Below are positions 32,625-42,674 of a stretch of 64,000 nt of DNA, piece by piece; within the stretch, counting starts at the first letter, position 1, and each line of letters opens with the position of its first letter. Location of the stretch: contig NW_013657662.1 in the NCBI RefSeq assembly GCF_000142905.1, forward strand, positions 463,021 through 527,020. Reading direction: 5' to 3'. The DNA comes from Thecamonas trahens ATCC 50062 (Eukaryota; Protista; Apusomonadida). The translations under genes and the position numbers were made by a program. The notes beneath the pieces were generated by a model, which worked only from the letters and a program-made list of their open reading frames with translations, was not told the origin of the DNA and did not search any database.

Positions 32625-34421
32625 ATGGATAGCATTGAGATCGGAGTGTGCAGCGTGTGCTTGGATGGCTACTCGGCTGAGAGGAAGCCAATGATCCTTG
32701 CGTGCGGACACTCGTTCTGCGAAGTCTGCATTCACCAGTGGAAGGCTGCTAACGGCGGGGCGCACTTGAAGTGCCCAGCGTGCAGGAGGCTTGCATCAGC
32801 ATACCCTCCAGTCAACTACCAGCTACTCGAGACATGCATCGGGGTGCGTGCAGGGCAGATGGCGGCCGTAGAAGCCTCCAGCTGGCCGCTGTTCTGCAGC
32901 TGCAGCCATGACGGGAAGGATCAGCCGCTGGCGACTGTCCGGTGTCGCGACTGCCGCCAGTCGTTCTGCACCGATTGCTCAAAGGCAATCCATGTGTGGA
33001 TCGGGGCGGCCAAGCATGAGGTAGTTCCTGTGATGTCGGTGCGCTCAGGCGTTGATAGCGCACCCATCTGCCCCCAGCACAACATGCCGTGGGTATGGGT
33101 GTGCAGCGAGGCCGAGTGCAGCGGGAGGCGTCTGGGATGCGCGGCGTGCATTGCTCGGGGCATTCATAAGGGGCATGATGTGGAGAAGCTGACAGATGCG
33201 CTTGATCGGCACCACAAGGAGCGAGTGCAAGTAGTGGAGCAGGTCAAGAAGTTTGCCGGCCAAGCGGCGGCGGCGAAGGAGCTGGCGCGGACGCAGAGGA
33301 AGGTACTCGCCAAGGTGGAGACCACGCTCACGGCCAAGATCACCAAATCATTTGACCGGTATGTCAAGAAAATCATAGCCCACAAGGCGAAGGCGCTTGC
33401 CGAACTAACGGCGAAGGTCCAGACCGCCAGCATGTCGCTGGATACGTTCGAATCGATGCTGGTGAATGAGACGAACAAGCTGGAGGCGGCTGCGGCGCAG
33501 ATCGAGGCCAACACGGAGCAGATTGGTGCGCTGATCCTGGCCAAGAGCAACAAGCTGGTGAAGGAGAGCAAGCTGGCGCTGACAAAAGCGGCCAAGGCGA
33601 CGTCGCTCCCGCCGACGTCGGTGACAATGTCTCGGAGAAATGCTAGGTTGCCGTCGGTGGAGGTGCAGCTCTCGGCCACACCGGCCTCGAGCCTGTTGAG
33701 TTACACCTCGGCGCTCGGGATCTCCAGCATCACCGACACTGTTGCCAAAGTCGGGCCCAGCACCAACGGCATCGTCATGTCGCGGGGCTTCAAAGACGTT
33801 CGGCATCGGTTCGAGTTTATGCTGACGCCGCCGTCGGGCGCGCCGGATGATGCTGGCTGCAACGTCGGTGTCGGTGTGACGAGTATGGCGACGTGGGACG
33901 CTCAGCTGCGCAACAGCGAGCAAACAATCATGTGGGCAATGGACAAGATCACAAGCGGCAAGAAGGAGGAGAAGCTCTCGACAACTGCCAAGCTTGCTGC
34001 CGGCAAGGTCTGCGCCGTCGAGTACGACCCGCACAGCGGCGAGTTTGCGACGTTTGTCGAGGGTGCGTCGACTGGGATCCACTTTCAGCGCGTCATCCGC
34101 GGCGACCTTCTCCACTTTATCTTGTCTGGCGATGCCAACTGGACCCTTACGTGCGTGTCGATGACCGCGGTTCCCAGTGTGAGTGCTGCCGCTGCTGGGT
34201 CGGCGTTTGCGGCGGTGGGCGAGGCTGCGATGCCGGCTGTGGGGACCAAGCGGCGGCGTGCTTTGTTGAGCGCAGGGGTAGCGACAACGGGCGGACCAGC
34301 CCAGGCCCTCTATCGACCGATGGCGCTTGCGGATGTGGCGCATGCTGGGGAACTAGCCTGTGGGGGGCAGATGAAGCGGCGGAGGATGCTCGGGCCCACG
34401 TCGACGTTGTCGCAGGGTTGA
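32625..34421 (+). CDS. TRIM/RBCC-like protein: RING, two B-boxes, coiled coil, SPRY-like beta domain
   Basis: RING CSVC..LACGHSFCEVC..CPAC, B-box1 ATVRCRDCRQSFCTDCSKAIH..H, B-box2 CPQH..VCSEAEC..GCAAC..H.GH, a long heptad region, and then NVGVGV...VCAVEYDPHSGEFATFV. Confidence 0.85.
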   Translation: MDSIEIGVCSVCLDGYSAERKPMILACGHSFCEVCIHQWKAANGGAHLKCPACRRLASAYPPVNYQLLETCIGVRAGQMAAVEASSWPLFCSCSHDGKDQPLATVRCRDCRQSFCTDCSKAIHVWIGAAKHEVVPVMSVRSGVDSAPICPQHNMPWVWVCSEAECSGRRLGCAACIARGIHKGHDVEKLTDALDRHHKERVQVVEQVKKFAGQAAAAKELARTQRKVLAKVETTLTAKITKSFDRYVKKIIAHKAKALAELTAKVQTASMSLDTFESMLVNETNKLEAAAAQIEANTEQIGALILAKSNKLVKESKLALTKAAKATSLPPTSVTMSRRNARLPSVEVQLSATPASSLLSYTSALGISSITDTVAKVGPSTNGIVMSRGFKDVRHRFEFMLTPPSGAPDDAGCNVGVGVTSMATWDAQLRNSEQTIMWAMDKITSGKKEEKLSTTAKLAAGKVCAVEYDPHSGEFATFVEGASTGIHFQRVIRGDLLHFILSGDANWTLTCVSMTAVPSVSAAAAGSAFAAVGEAAMPAVGTKRRRALLSAGVATTGGPAQALYRPMALADVAHAGELACGGQMKRRRMLGPTSTLSQG

Positions 34422-34780
34422 TTCTTGCAGCAACGACAAACGTTGGGAAGCTGGCTATATCGCGACAAGTTCTAAAAGCAACGATCGCGAGTGGAGCTGG
34501 AGAAGAGGAGAATGGGGTGGGTGGATTGTGGTGAGATCGGGTGTGATGGGCGGCTCGGGTCGGTCCATGGATTGACCGGCATGTCGGGAGTCGCGGCAGC
34601 CGAGGAAGCGATTCGGTGCGCGCTGCAAGAACAGCAAGGCCAAAAAATACAGCCGTTGAGTGGACAAAAAGGGGGACATTCCGGGCGGAGCATAATCCAC
34701 AAGTCATCAGAAAAAGGGGGCGAGGGGCGGGGGGGGGTACGGACAACACACCGCACCACTTATCTTAGACCGAAGCAAAC

Positions 34781-36217
34781 ATGTCTGCTGAGACCTTTGA
34801 CCCCGCCCGCAAGCTCAACGTCGTCATCATTGGCCACGTCGATGCTGGCAAGTCCACCATGACCGGCCGTCTCATCTACGAGCTCGGCGGCATCGACGAG
34901 CGTGCCAAGGAGAAGCTCGAGCAGGCTGCTGCCGAGAACAACAAGGCCGGTTTCGCCTTTGCCTACTTCATGGACACGTCCAAGGAGGAGCGTGAGCGCG
35001 GTATCACCATCGACTGCCAGACGTCGTCGTTCCGCACCACCAACTACGACTACTCGATCACCGACGCCCCCGGTCATGCCGATTTTATCACGAACATGAT
35101 CACCGGTGCCGGCCAGGCTGACGTCGCGGTCCTCATGGTCCCGGCTGACGGTAACTTCGAGGCATCGATTGCCAAGCCGTCCGGCATGATGGCTGGTGGC
35201 CAGACCCGCCAGCACGCCAACCTCGCCAACCTGCTCGGCATCAAGCAGCTCGTGGTTTGCGTCAACAAGATGGATTCGTCGGAGGGCGGCGCCTACAACG
35301 AGGCTCGTTTCAACGAGATCCGCGATGAGGTTTCGCGCATGATTGACGAGGCTGGCTTCCACTCGGCCACTGTCCCGATCATCCCGGTTTCCGGCTGGGT
35401 TGGTGACAACCTCACCTCGCCGACCGAGAACATGCCGTGGTACAACGGCTGGTCCGGCCGGTACGGCTACACCGCCAAGCGCAAGAAGAAGGGCTTCGAG
35501 ATTGTCGGCGGCACCGAGATCAAGGGCAAGACCCTTGTCGAGGCGCTCGACAACTACATGCGCATCCCCGACCGTGACGCCAACGGCCCGCTCCACCTTT
35601 CGGTTTCGGGCTCGCGCCTCATCCCGGGCCAGGGTCTCGTGACCATGGGCCGGATTGAGATCGGTACCATCCGCAAGGACGACGTCGTCGCGCTCGCGCG
35701 CAACGGCCTGTCTGGCAAGACCTTCTCGATCCAGATGCACCACCAGGACGTGGACGCCGGTATTGCTGGCTTCAACGTCGGCATTGTGGTCAAGTTCCCG
35801 AAGGGCACCAAGCCGAAGCAGGTCAAGCGTGGTGACCTCCTGTACCGCCCGGCTGACTACGCCGACAAGCAGGAGCTCCTCCCGCGCCGCGTCAAGTCGT
35901 TCCGCGCCATGATCCGCGTGCAGAACCACCCTGGTGACCTCAAGGTCGGCTTCTGCCCGCAGATGTGCGTGCGTACCGGCCGGTGCGCTTCGCGCATTTC
36001 GGAGATCCACTGGGTGATGGGCAAGCGCACTGCTGGCCAGAAGCTCGAGAACCCGGAGTTCGTCCGCAAGCACGAGATGGCCGAGATCACCTTCGAGCCG
36101 CAGGGCTTCCTCTACTGCGAGACCTTTGAGCGCTCGGAGTCGTACGGCCGTGTTGCCGGCCTCGAGTCGAAGACCCTTGTCTTCATGGGCAAGATCATCG
36201 ACGTCGAGTACGCCTAA
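34781..36217 (+). CDS. EFL: EFL copy 3 (478 aa, protein identical to copy 1)
   Basis: The translation is identical to copy 1 and only synonymous differences are visible. Confidence 0.9.
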   Translation: MSAETFDPARKLNVVIIGHVDAGKSTMTGRLIYELGGIDERAKEKLEQAAAENNKAGFAFAYFMDTSKEERERGITIDCQTSSFRTTNYDYSITDAPGHADFITNMITGAGQADVAVLMVPADGNFEASIAKPSGMMAGGQTRQHANLANLLGIKQLVVCVNKMDSSEGGAYNEARFNEIRDEVSRMIDEAGFHSATVPIIPVSGWVGDNLTSPTENMPWYNGWSGRYGYTAKRKKKGFEIVGGTEIKGKTLVEALDNYMRIPDRDANGPLHLSVSGSRLIPGQGLVTMGRIEIGTIRKDDVVALARNGLSGKTFSIQMHHQDVDAGIAGFNVGIVVKFPKGTKPKQVKRGDLLYRPADYADKQELLPRRVKSFRAMIRVQNHPGDLKVGFCPQMCVRTGRCASRISEIHWVMGKRTAGQKLENPEFVRKHEMAEITFEPQGFLYCETFERSESYGRVAGLESKTLVFMGKIIDVEYA

Positions 36218-36353
36218 GTGTTTGCACTTGGTCATGAGCCGCACTGGTTGTTGGCTGGCCTCGGGTTGATGCGACATGTTCCTCGAGAATCAAGCCCCTG
36301 TAAACGCCTGGCTTTTTGTACTCTCACTGCGCGCGCGTGTGTGTGTGTGTGTG

Positions 36354-37229
36354 TTAGCCAAACATGTCGCGCTTGCGGCCGCGGGCGCGGACATCCTCCA
36401 GGCGGCCGAGGACGGCGTCGTCGTTGGCGCAAGCCTCTGCGTAGGCGCCGAGGACGGCGGCAAAGGCGTGCTCAGCAAAGGGATGGGTGGAGATGAAGGC
36501 ACGCTCGAGGACATAGAGATCGACAGCCTTGTCCTCGAGGCCGTCCGACTGAGCGACCGAGGCGAGGCCAAAGTCGATGGTGACGACCTCGAGATGGAGG
36601 ATGTTGAGAGCGACGAGGGCGCTCGGATCGAGCGGCTTTGAAGCCAGAACGGCAGCGTCTGACGGCGAGCGCGGACGGAGCATAAAGTTTGAGGTTGTCA
36701 GGTCGCCGTGAACGACGTCACCATTGTGCAGCAGAGCAATGTCCTTGCCGACGGCAGCAAGAACAGCCATGGCGTTGGGGGGGAGGTGATGTGGGCCGAC
36801 ATCATCCTTGATCTCCAGCCCCTCCATAGCCTGCAAGTAAGCCTTGAGTGTGATGCCATGAACCAGCTCCATATACAGCACCATCTCCTTGGTATCGACC
36901 ATCAGCACGCCCGGGACGGGCACGCCCAGAGCCCTTGCCCTTGCCAGCGACCTCGCCTCTGCCACCGTATGGGCGGCACGGAGCTTATCATCCAGAACCT
37001 TGTGGCGATAGCCCTTAACAAACCGATGCTTTGCAAGCGCATCAAGTCCTCCAAGCCGTCCGATGTACACTCTCTGCACACATGCCATGAGTATGGGTGT
37101 AAGGGGGAAAGGGCAGACGGGGGGGGAGGGGGAGGGGGGGGGGCGTACCGCTTCGGCTCCCTGCGCCAGGAGGGTGAAGCCCGGAAGGACAAGGGCAGGA
37201 GTAGGGGTGGGAGCACTAGTTGTGGCCAT
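36354..37229 (-). CDS. BUD32: KEOPS kinase Bud32/PRPK (TP53RK), with a 75-nt in-frame intron at 37074-37148
   Basis: Motifs LAQGAEA|RVY, KHRFVKGYRH..LD, EARSL, VHGDLTTSNFML, IDFGL, EDKAVDLYVLERAF.STH, and VRARGRKRDMFG. The intron is GTACGC...TGCAG. Confidence 0.95.
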   Translation of the reverse strand: MATTSAPTPTPALVLPGFTLLAQGAEAVRPPPSPSPPVCPFPLTPILMACVQRVYIGRLGGLDALAKHRFVKGYRHKVLDDKLRAAHTVAEARSLARARALGVPVPGVLMVDTKEMVLYMELVHGITLKAYLQAMEGLEIKDDVGPHHLPPNAMAVLAAVGKDIALLHNGDVVHGDLTTSNFMLRPRSPSDAAVLASKPLDPSALVALNILHLEVVTIDFGLASVAQSDGLEDKAVDLYVLERAFISTHPFAEHAFAAVLGAYAEACANDDAVLGRLEDVRARGRKRDMFG

Positions 37230-37470
37230 AGTGTGTGTAATCGTGCGTGTGCGTGTGTGCGTGTGTGGTAGTAGTAGTGGTGGTGGTGGTGGTGGTGGTG
37301 GTTGTGGTTGTGGTGAGGTGTGTGTGGTTGTGGTGGCTGTTCAACTGGCCAAGTTCGACGCGTTCCGCAAAGCCTTGAAGTGATCGACGCCGCCATGGCG
37401 GGACCTCTACGCATGGATGTCGACCGAGGAGCTGCATGTGACCATCCGCGATTTCACGCTGTGAGTCTTA

Positions 37471-38321
37471 TCACCCGCTGTGCTTTGCAAGGAACTCGGT
37501 GACGCCCTCCATGACGTCGAGCCGGAACTGGAGGAGGCTGTGGCCGGCGCCGGGGACGTGCATGCGGGCGCAGGCAAGGTCGGCGCCGGCATTGTCACCG
37601 TCGCGGGCAAGCGGAATCGACTCGTCGTTGAGAATGGTGCCGTCATGCGGGCGGCCATCGGCAAGCCGTGATAGGATCGGGTTGGACCAGCTCTTCTCGC
37701 CGGTCACCACCAGCAGCGGCAGTGAAGATGGAAGCGCATAGCGGGCGGCGAGATCAACCGAGCGGGCCATGGCTGCGAGCTCAGTGCCCGGGCCAGCGAC
37801 AACGGTTAGGCCGACAAGCTCATGGACCGAGGCGGCCCAAAGCGAGCCGCGGAGCGGCGGCGCGATCATGACCGTCGGCGCAGATGCGAGGAGCGTGTCG
37901 CCGCGCGAGCGGCGATCCGGCGGCAGAGCCGCGACGTCGGCCAGCGCCGCCGCCAGGACCAGACCACCCATGGAGTGTGTGACAAAGCCGAGTGGAGGCT
38001 CAGGTCCGCCACAACGCGAGGTGCAGTTGAGGGCGGTGTCCACAAATCGCCGTAGCGCCGTGGCGTGGTCGGCGAGCACACCTGCCCGCGAGTCGTAGCC
38101 AAAGGCCGCCACGTTGGCTGACGAGTCGCTCGTCCGCAAGTATACCGCCAGTGGATAGTTGTTCCATGTCGACGCCAGGTAGCCGTGGACAGTGACCATC
38201 GTCCGCGGCAGGCGGAGCATCCACACCCGCACGTGAGTCCAAGCCACGGGGAGAGCGACAAGTGGGCCAACAGCGTGACCAGCAAGCGGTAGAAGAGGCT
38301 AGCTTGAAGTGGGCTCCCCAT
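37471..38321 (-). CDS. Alpha/beta hydrolase (lipase/esterase-like), probable 1-nt frameshift at about 38250
   Basis: Motifs TVHGY, FGYDSR, nucleophile elbow FVTHSMGG, MIAPPLRGS, PHDGTI, and GHS. The N-terminal MGSPLQASLFYRLLVTLLAHL is in the neighbouring frame. Confidence 0.8.
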
Positions 38322-38483
38322 TGCCTTGTACTGCTGATTGTATGTATGATGGTGGTGTGGTGGGTGATCGGATGAGGTTGGGGGTGAGCACGAGCAGTAG
38401 GAGAGGGTGCGAGGTGTCGAGGACAGAGGAGAAGGGCAAGGACTTGACGTGGACAAGAAACAAGGGGAGAGAGTAGGAGGGAT

Positions 38484-39608
38484 ATGCATGGAGGGGGACC
38501 TGTGCCGCGATGTGTGCTGCGTGGACAAGGAGCTGGAGTGACGGCTTTGGCAGCGGCTGGTCACGTAGTCTTTGCTGGTGATGATGGAGGTCATCTTGTT
38601 GGTTGGTCGCTCATCTCGCGTCGTCCATGCCTCACCGCCACGAGCGATGGTGCTGCTACTGACAACACCATCAGTCATCATCATTGTGGTTCCGTTCATA
38701 ATGGAGCCATCTTTGCTTTGGCTCTCGTCCCGCCTGTGGGCCCAAAGTGGCTCTTCTCGCACGGTCGTGATGGTCACATCGCTGCCTTTGATCTTGCTGA
38801 GATGACGCCCCGCGGGATAGACGGCACCTCCAGTAGTGATAGCGGCGCTCTGTCGCCGATGTGGCGGGTTGATGCACAGACGCTCAACTTTTGCGGTGTG
38901 GCAGCGGCCGAGGTGCCTGGGGAGGACGGACGCGTGGTGCTGGTGGCGTCAGGCGACGATCCTGGCGGCATTGTGGTGTACGAGGCGGAGATGGCATCGG
39001 CGAGGTGTGAGCTGGTGCGTGTCATGATCCCAGCTGACAACATGGGCATGTGCATGGCGGTGCGGCTGGTGTTTGCAGCCTCTGTGCCGCTCGCTGTCGC
39101 GGGCTACGAGTCCGGGGCGCTTGCAGTGTGGGATGCGGCGGCGGGGAGTTTGCTGGCCACCACCAACGCCGCCCCGTGGTTCGGCGATCCAGTCATGGCG
39201 CTCGATGTGGTGAGCGTGGATAGAAGCTCGGAAGAGTGGACGCTGCGCGGCGTTGCCGGCTCGGCTACGGCAGAAGCTGTTGCCTTTCGCATTGACAGCA
39301 GCAGTGGCGGCGAAGCAGCGTTTGAGCTTGTCAAGAAGCGGGCGGTTGCCGACGCCGGCGAGCAGGGTGTGTCGTCGGTGGCGATCCGCGCTGCCGACGG
39401 CAAGCTCGTGGCGCTTGGCGGGTGGGAAGGCTCGCTTAGCGTGCATTCGGCCAAGAAGCTCAAGCCACTTGCGGTTCTCGAGTACCACGCGCAGCGCGTG
39501 TCTGCCCTCGGCTTTGATGCGGATCCTGATGGTGGCGGATACCTTGTTTCGGGCTCTCCCGATGGACGCATCGCAGTCTGGGATCTGTATCCTGTGGCGC
39601 AGTCGTAA
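38484..39608 (+). CDS. GNB1L: WD40 protein of the GNB1L/Asa1 family
   Basis: N-terminal PVPRCVLRG..VTAL, LFSHGRDG, LNFC, GMCMAV, AGYESG, GGWEG..V.S.KKLKPLAVLEYH, and SGSPDGRIAVWDLY. Confidence 0.85.
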   Translation: MHGGGPVPRCVLRGQGAGVTALAAAGHVVFAGDDGGHLVGWSLISRRPCLTATSDGAATDNTISHHHCGSVHNGAIFALALVPPVGPKWLFSHGRDGHIAAFDLAEMTPRGIDGTSSSDSGALSPMWRVDAQTLNFCGVAAAEVPGEDGRVVLVASGDDPGGIVVYEAEMASARCELVRVMIPADNMGMCMAVRLVFAASVPLAVAGYESGALAVWDAAAGSLLATTNAAPWFGDPVMALDVVSVDRSSEEWTLRGVAGSATAEAVAFRIDSSSGGEAAFELVKKRAVADAGEQGVSSVAIRAADGKLVALGGWEGSLSVHSAKKLKPLAVLEYHAQRVSALGFDADPDGGGYLVSGSPDGRIAVWDLYPVAQS

Positions 39609-39869
39609 CTCGAGACGTAGCCCGAGAGATCAAAGTGTCGTCCCTTACAGTCAGTTGATTCCCCTACAGTCGGCTGATTCCTTCAGCCTTCACGATCACC
39701 GTGCCCTGTCCCACGCGTAGCCATCCGTCGCCTGTCGCCTGTTGCCTGTCGCCTGTCACGATCATCTGTCGCGATCACGATCATGGTCGCCACCTCCCGA
39801 CCACTTCACCCCGCTCCTCCCCGCCCCACCCCCCCCCCCCCCACCCCCACCCCCTACTAACCCTTGAGG

Positions 39870-42674
39870 ATGGACATGGATAGTGTGCGTCCACACCCTG
39901 TGCCCAGCTCAACGGCAGCCTCTGTGGCGTCGCTCCTCAAGCCCGGCGAGGTTGTGTATGCGGTGGTCCCCGCGGACCAACTGGATACGGTGACCTTCAC
40001 GGCGCCCAAAGCAAGAACACTCTGCCTTACCCACAAGCCATCGTCGCACAAGGTGAGACTGTACAAACTACGTCGAACCATGGGATCATCGTTGTCGTCA
40101 TCAGTAGCATCAGCAGCATCAGCAGCAACGTCATTGACAGTCACAGCAGCAGCAGCAGCAGCAACACCGTCATCATCATCGTCGTCAATGCCATCGTCAT
40201 CCATCCTCTCTCCATTGCCATCGTCGTCTTCATCGTCCTCATCGATATACTCGTTGTCGAGAACATGGTATGTGGAGAAGCTCAAGGCGTTGAGAGAAGC
40301 ACCGTCGGGCGCGCTCACTCTGGTCTTTGCCGATGGCGAGCCGGTCACCTTTGCTCTCCATGATGCGTTTTCTCGCTCGCACTTTGTTGCCTCGCTCCTT
40401 TGGCTCATGAACACGGTCCTCGGCTTTGTTCCAGATGCGCCGCCTCAGCTCTTGGCTCTTCTCCCTGACAATGGCCGTGGTGATGGCGGCGGCGATGCGC
40501 GGACCGAGCGTGGCGGCGGTGGTAACACCACGGGCGAGGCGGACGGTAGTGGCGTCGCGGACGAGCTGGCTGACGCTGTGGAGCAACAAGTGCGGGCGGT
40601 GAGCCTCTCGGACTTGCTGCCGGCGGAGCGAGAGCAGCTGGAGGCTGTTCTTGGCGAGTCGATGGCGGCGGACAAGATCGAGGACGTGGAGGCGGCGCTG
40701 GCGGCCGAGATCGAGGCGCTGGAGGCCGCTAATGTAGAGGCACTGCTCGCACTTGGACCGGAGATTGATGTCGCCATGGCTGCCATTAATGGGGTGTTAG
40801 ATGAGGCCGAGGTGCTGGAGGCAACGCTGGCGTCGTACGCGGGCATTGTTGACGGCATGGCGAGCCAGCTGGAGGTTATCCAGGAGACGTCAACGGCGAC
40901 GCAGGTGCTGACGACGAACCACCGGGCACTGCTGCTTGAGTCCAACGCGCTCCTCAACTCGCTGAGAGTGAGCAAGCGGACCCGGACTGCGCTGACGGCG
41001 ACCAAGCTCTCGGAGCTCGATGCACTGCCGGGCATCGAGGCTGCGCTGGGCGAGCTCGAGAAGCCTCCGTCGTTTGGCCCGCAGTCAGAGCTGGTGACGC
41101 TGACGGCGGTTCATGATCATGAACGTGAAGTGGCGGCGCTCAAGGCCAAGTTTGCGGCGCGGCTCGCTGGGTATGAGGCCAAGCTGGCGACGGCGCTGCA
41201 CTCGGATCCTGCACTGGTCGTGCTCCGCAGCGGGTTCTTCGACTTTCCGTCGCGGCGGCCGGTGTACGCCGGCCTGCTTCCGTACGCGCCGCTCACAAAG
41301 TGGCTGGCTCGGACGGACCCTGTGCAGCGTGAGACGCTTGCGCGTGCGTACCTGACACGGGCGCGCGAGACGCTGGGCGCGGTGGCGCCGCGGCTGATGA
41401 GGGAGCTGCGGCGGGCGGTGGCACAGGTCAAGCTTGCCACCGACATGTCTGCGCTCCCGAACGATCCTGTGGGCGAGCTCACCGTGCGCGGGCACGGCTC
41501 GTCGTCGATGAGTTCGTCGTCGCGCGGCTCCGAAGCGTCGTTTGACGTGGCGTCGACGGCGCGGTCGGCGTCATCGTTTGGCGGCGGCGGGAGCGAGCGG
41601 CTGCGTGGGACCGAGGCTCTGTTCCGGGCGGTCAACGCGGTGGTGGACGCGGTGGTGGCCGAAGCGCGGTTTCTCGACACCTGGCTCGGCGAGTCGAGCG
41701 ACGCACAGCTGGAGAACTGGCTCGAAGTGGCGTTTGGCAACGTGCTGCCGCATGTGGACAAGCTCGCCATCCACGTCAACGGCCTCAACGCGTTCGACAC
41801 GGTGACGTACCTGGCGTTCCTTGCCTCGTACCCGGCGGACGACGAGTTTCCGCGAGCGCACTCGTTCCTTGCGCAAGTTCTCACTCTGCTGCAGAACGCG
41901 CCAAACCTGGCGTTCTCGCAGTATGTCGACCGGCAGGTCCGCAAGATCGGCAAGGTCAAGGTGGCGGCGCGGCGTTGTGGCATCCTCTGGCCGTGCGCCA
42001 AGTTTGCGTCGTTCTTTGTGCAGATCGGGCGGGCGCTGTTTGGCACCGAGCTCGGGGCGCGCGGCGGAGCGGCGCGCGAGGTCGTCGAGCTTGCGCTCAC
42101 CAAGGTGGCACTGGCAGTGTTTGAGACGCTCGAGCGGGTGGCTGCGTCGGACGCCAAGTACGCGCACCTTGTGCTGTACGAGAACTATCACCACTTTTAC
42201 ATAACCACCGAGGCGGCGATGGAGCAGCTGCCGCAGCTGCGTGCGCTGGGAAAGTACGTGGCCGAGGCGCGCGAGGCGTACCTCCAGCACCGGGCGGCGT
42301 ACGTTACCGACGCCATCGAGTACCAACTCGGCGACTTTGTTCGCTTCTTTAACGCCATCGGCGGCCTTCTCGACTCAATCTCGGCGCAGGAGGTTGCCTT
42401 CCAGGACGCGTACTCCAAGCTCAAGTTTGACAAGCTAATGAGCAAGTACGGGACGCCTAAGCAGGTTGAGCGCAACCTGTTGGCCATGCGCAAGCGGGTC
42501 ATCAAGCACGTTGCCGGCGACAAGGAGGGTCTTTACTCGGTCGTCTGGGAGCGGATCCTGCTCGCCATCCAGGACCTCTTTGCCCGCTGCGACGCCACCA
42601 TCCGAGCCGTCTACGGCGACGACAAGGCCACGCTGGGTGCTGCCCTCAGTGCCGCCCTACCGTTGCCAGCGTAG
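39870..42674 (+). CDS. SEC3: Exocyst complex component Sec3/EXOC1
   Basis: PH-like N-terminus (KARTLCL, VRLYKL, SRTWYVEKL), LEAANVEALL coiled coil, QVLTTNHRALL.E, RRCGILW, LVLYENYHHF, EVAFQDAYSK, and MRKRVIKH..LYSVVWE. Confidence 0.9.
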   Translation: MDMDSVRPHPVPSSTAASVASLLKPGEVVYAVVPADQLDTVTFTAPKARTLCLTHKPSSHKVRLYKLRRTMGSSLSSSVASAASAATSLTVTAAAAAATPSSSSSSMPSSSILSPLPSSSSSSSSIYSLSRTWYVEKLKALREAPSGALTLVFADGEPVTFALHDAFSRSHFVASLLWLMNTVLGFVPDAPPQLLALLPDNGRGDGGGDARTERGGGGNTTGEADGSGVADELADAVEQQVRAVSLSDLLPAEREQLEAVLGESMAADKIEDVEAALAAEIEALEAANVEALLALGPEIDVAMAAINGVLDEAEVLEATLASYAGIVDGMASQLEVIQETSTATQVLTTNHRALLLESNALLNSLRVSKRTRTALTATKLSELDALPGIEAALGELEKPPSFGPQSELVTLTAVHDHEREVAALKAKFAARLAGYEAKLATALHSDPALVVLRSGFFDFPSRRPVYAGLLPYAPLTKWLARTDPVQRETLARAYLTRARETLGAVAPRLMRELRRAVAQVKLATDMSALPNDPVGELTVRGHGSSSMSSSSRGSEASFDVASTARSASSFGGGGSERLRGTEALFRAVNAVVDAVVAEARFLDTWLGESSDAQLENWLEVAFGNVLPHVDKLAIHVNGLNAFDTVTYLAFLASYPADDEFPRAHSFLAQVLTLLQNAPNLAFSQYVDRQVRKIGKVKVAARRCGILWPCAKFASFFVQIGRALFGTELGARGGAAREVVELALTKVALAVFETLERVAASDAKYAHLVLYENYHHFYITTEAAMEQLPQLRALGKYVAEAREAYLQHRAAYVTDAIEYQLGDFVRFFNAIGGLLDSISAQEVAFQDAYSKLKFDKLMSKYGTPKQVERNLLAMRKRVIKHVAGDKEGLYSVVWERILLAIQDLFARCDATIRAVYGDDKATLGAALSAALPLPA

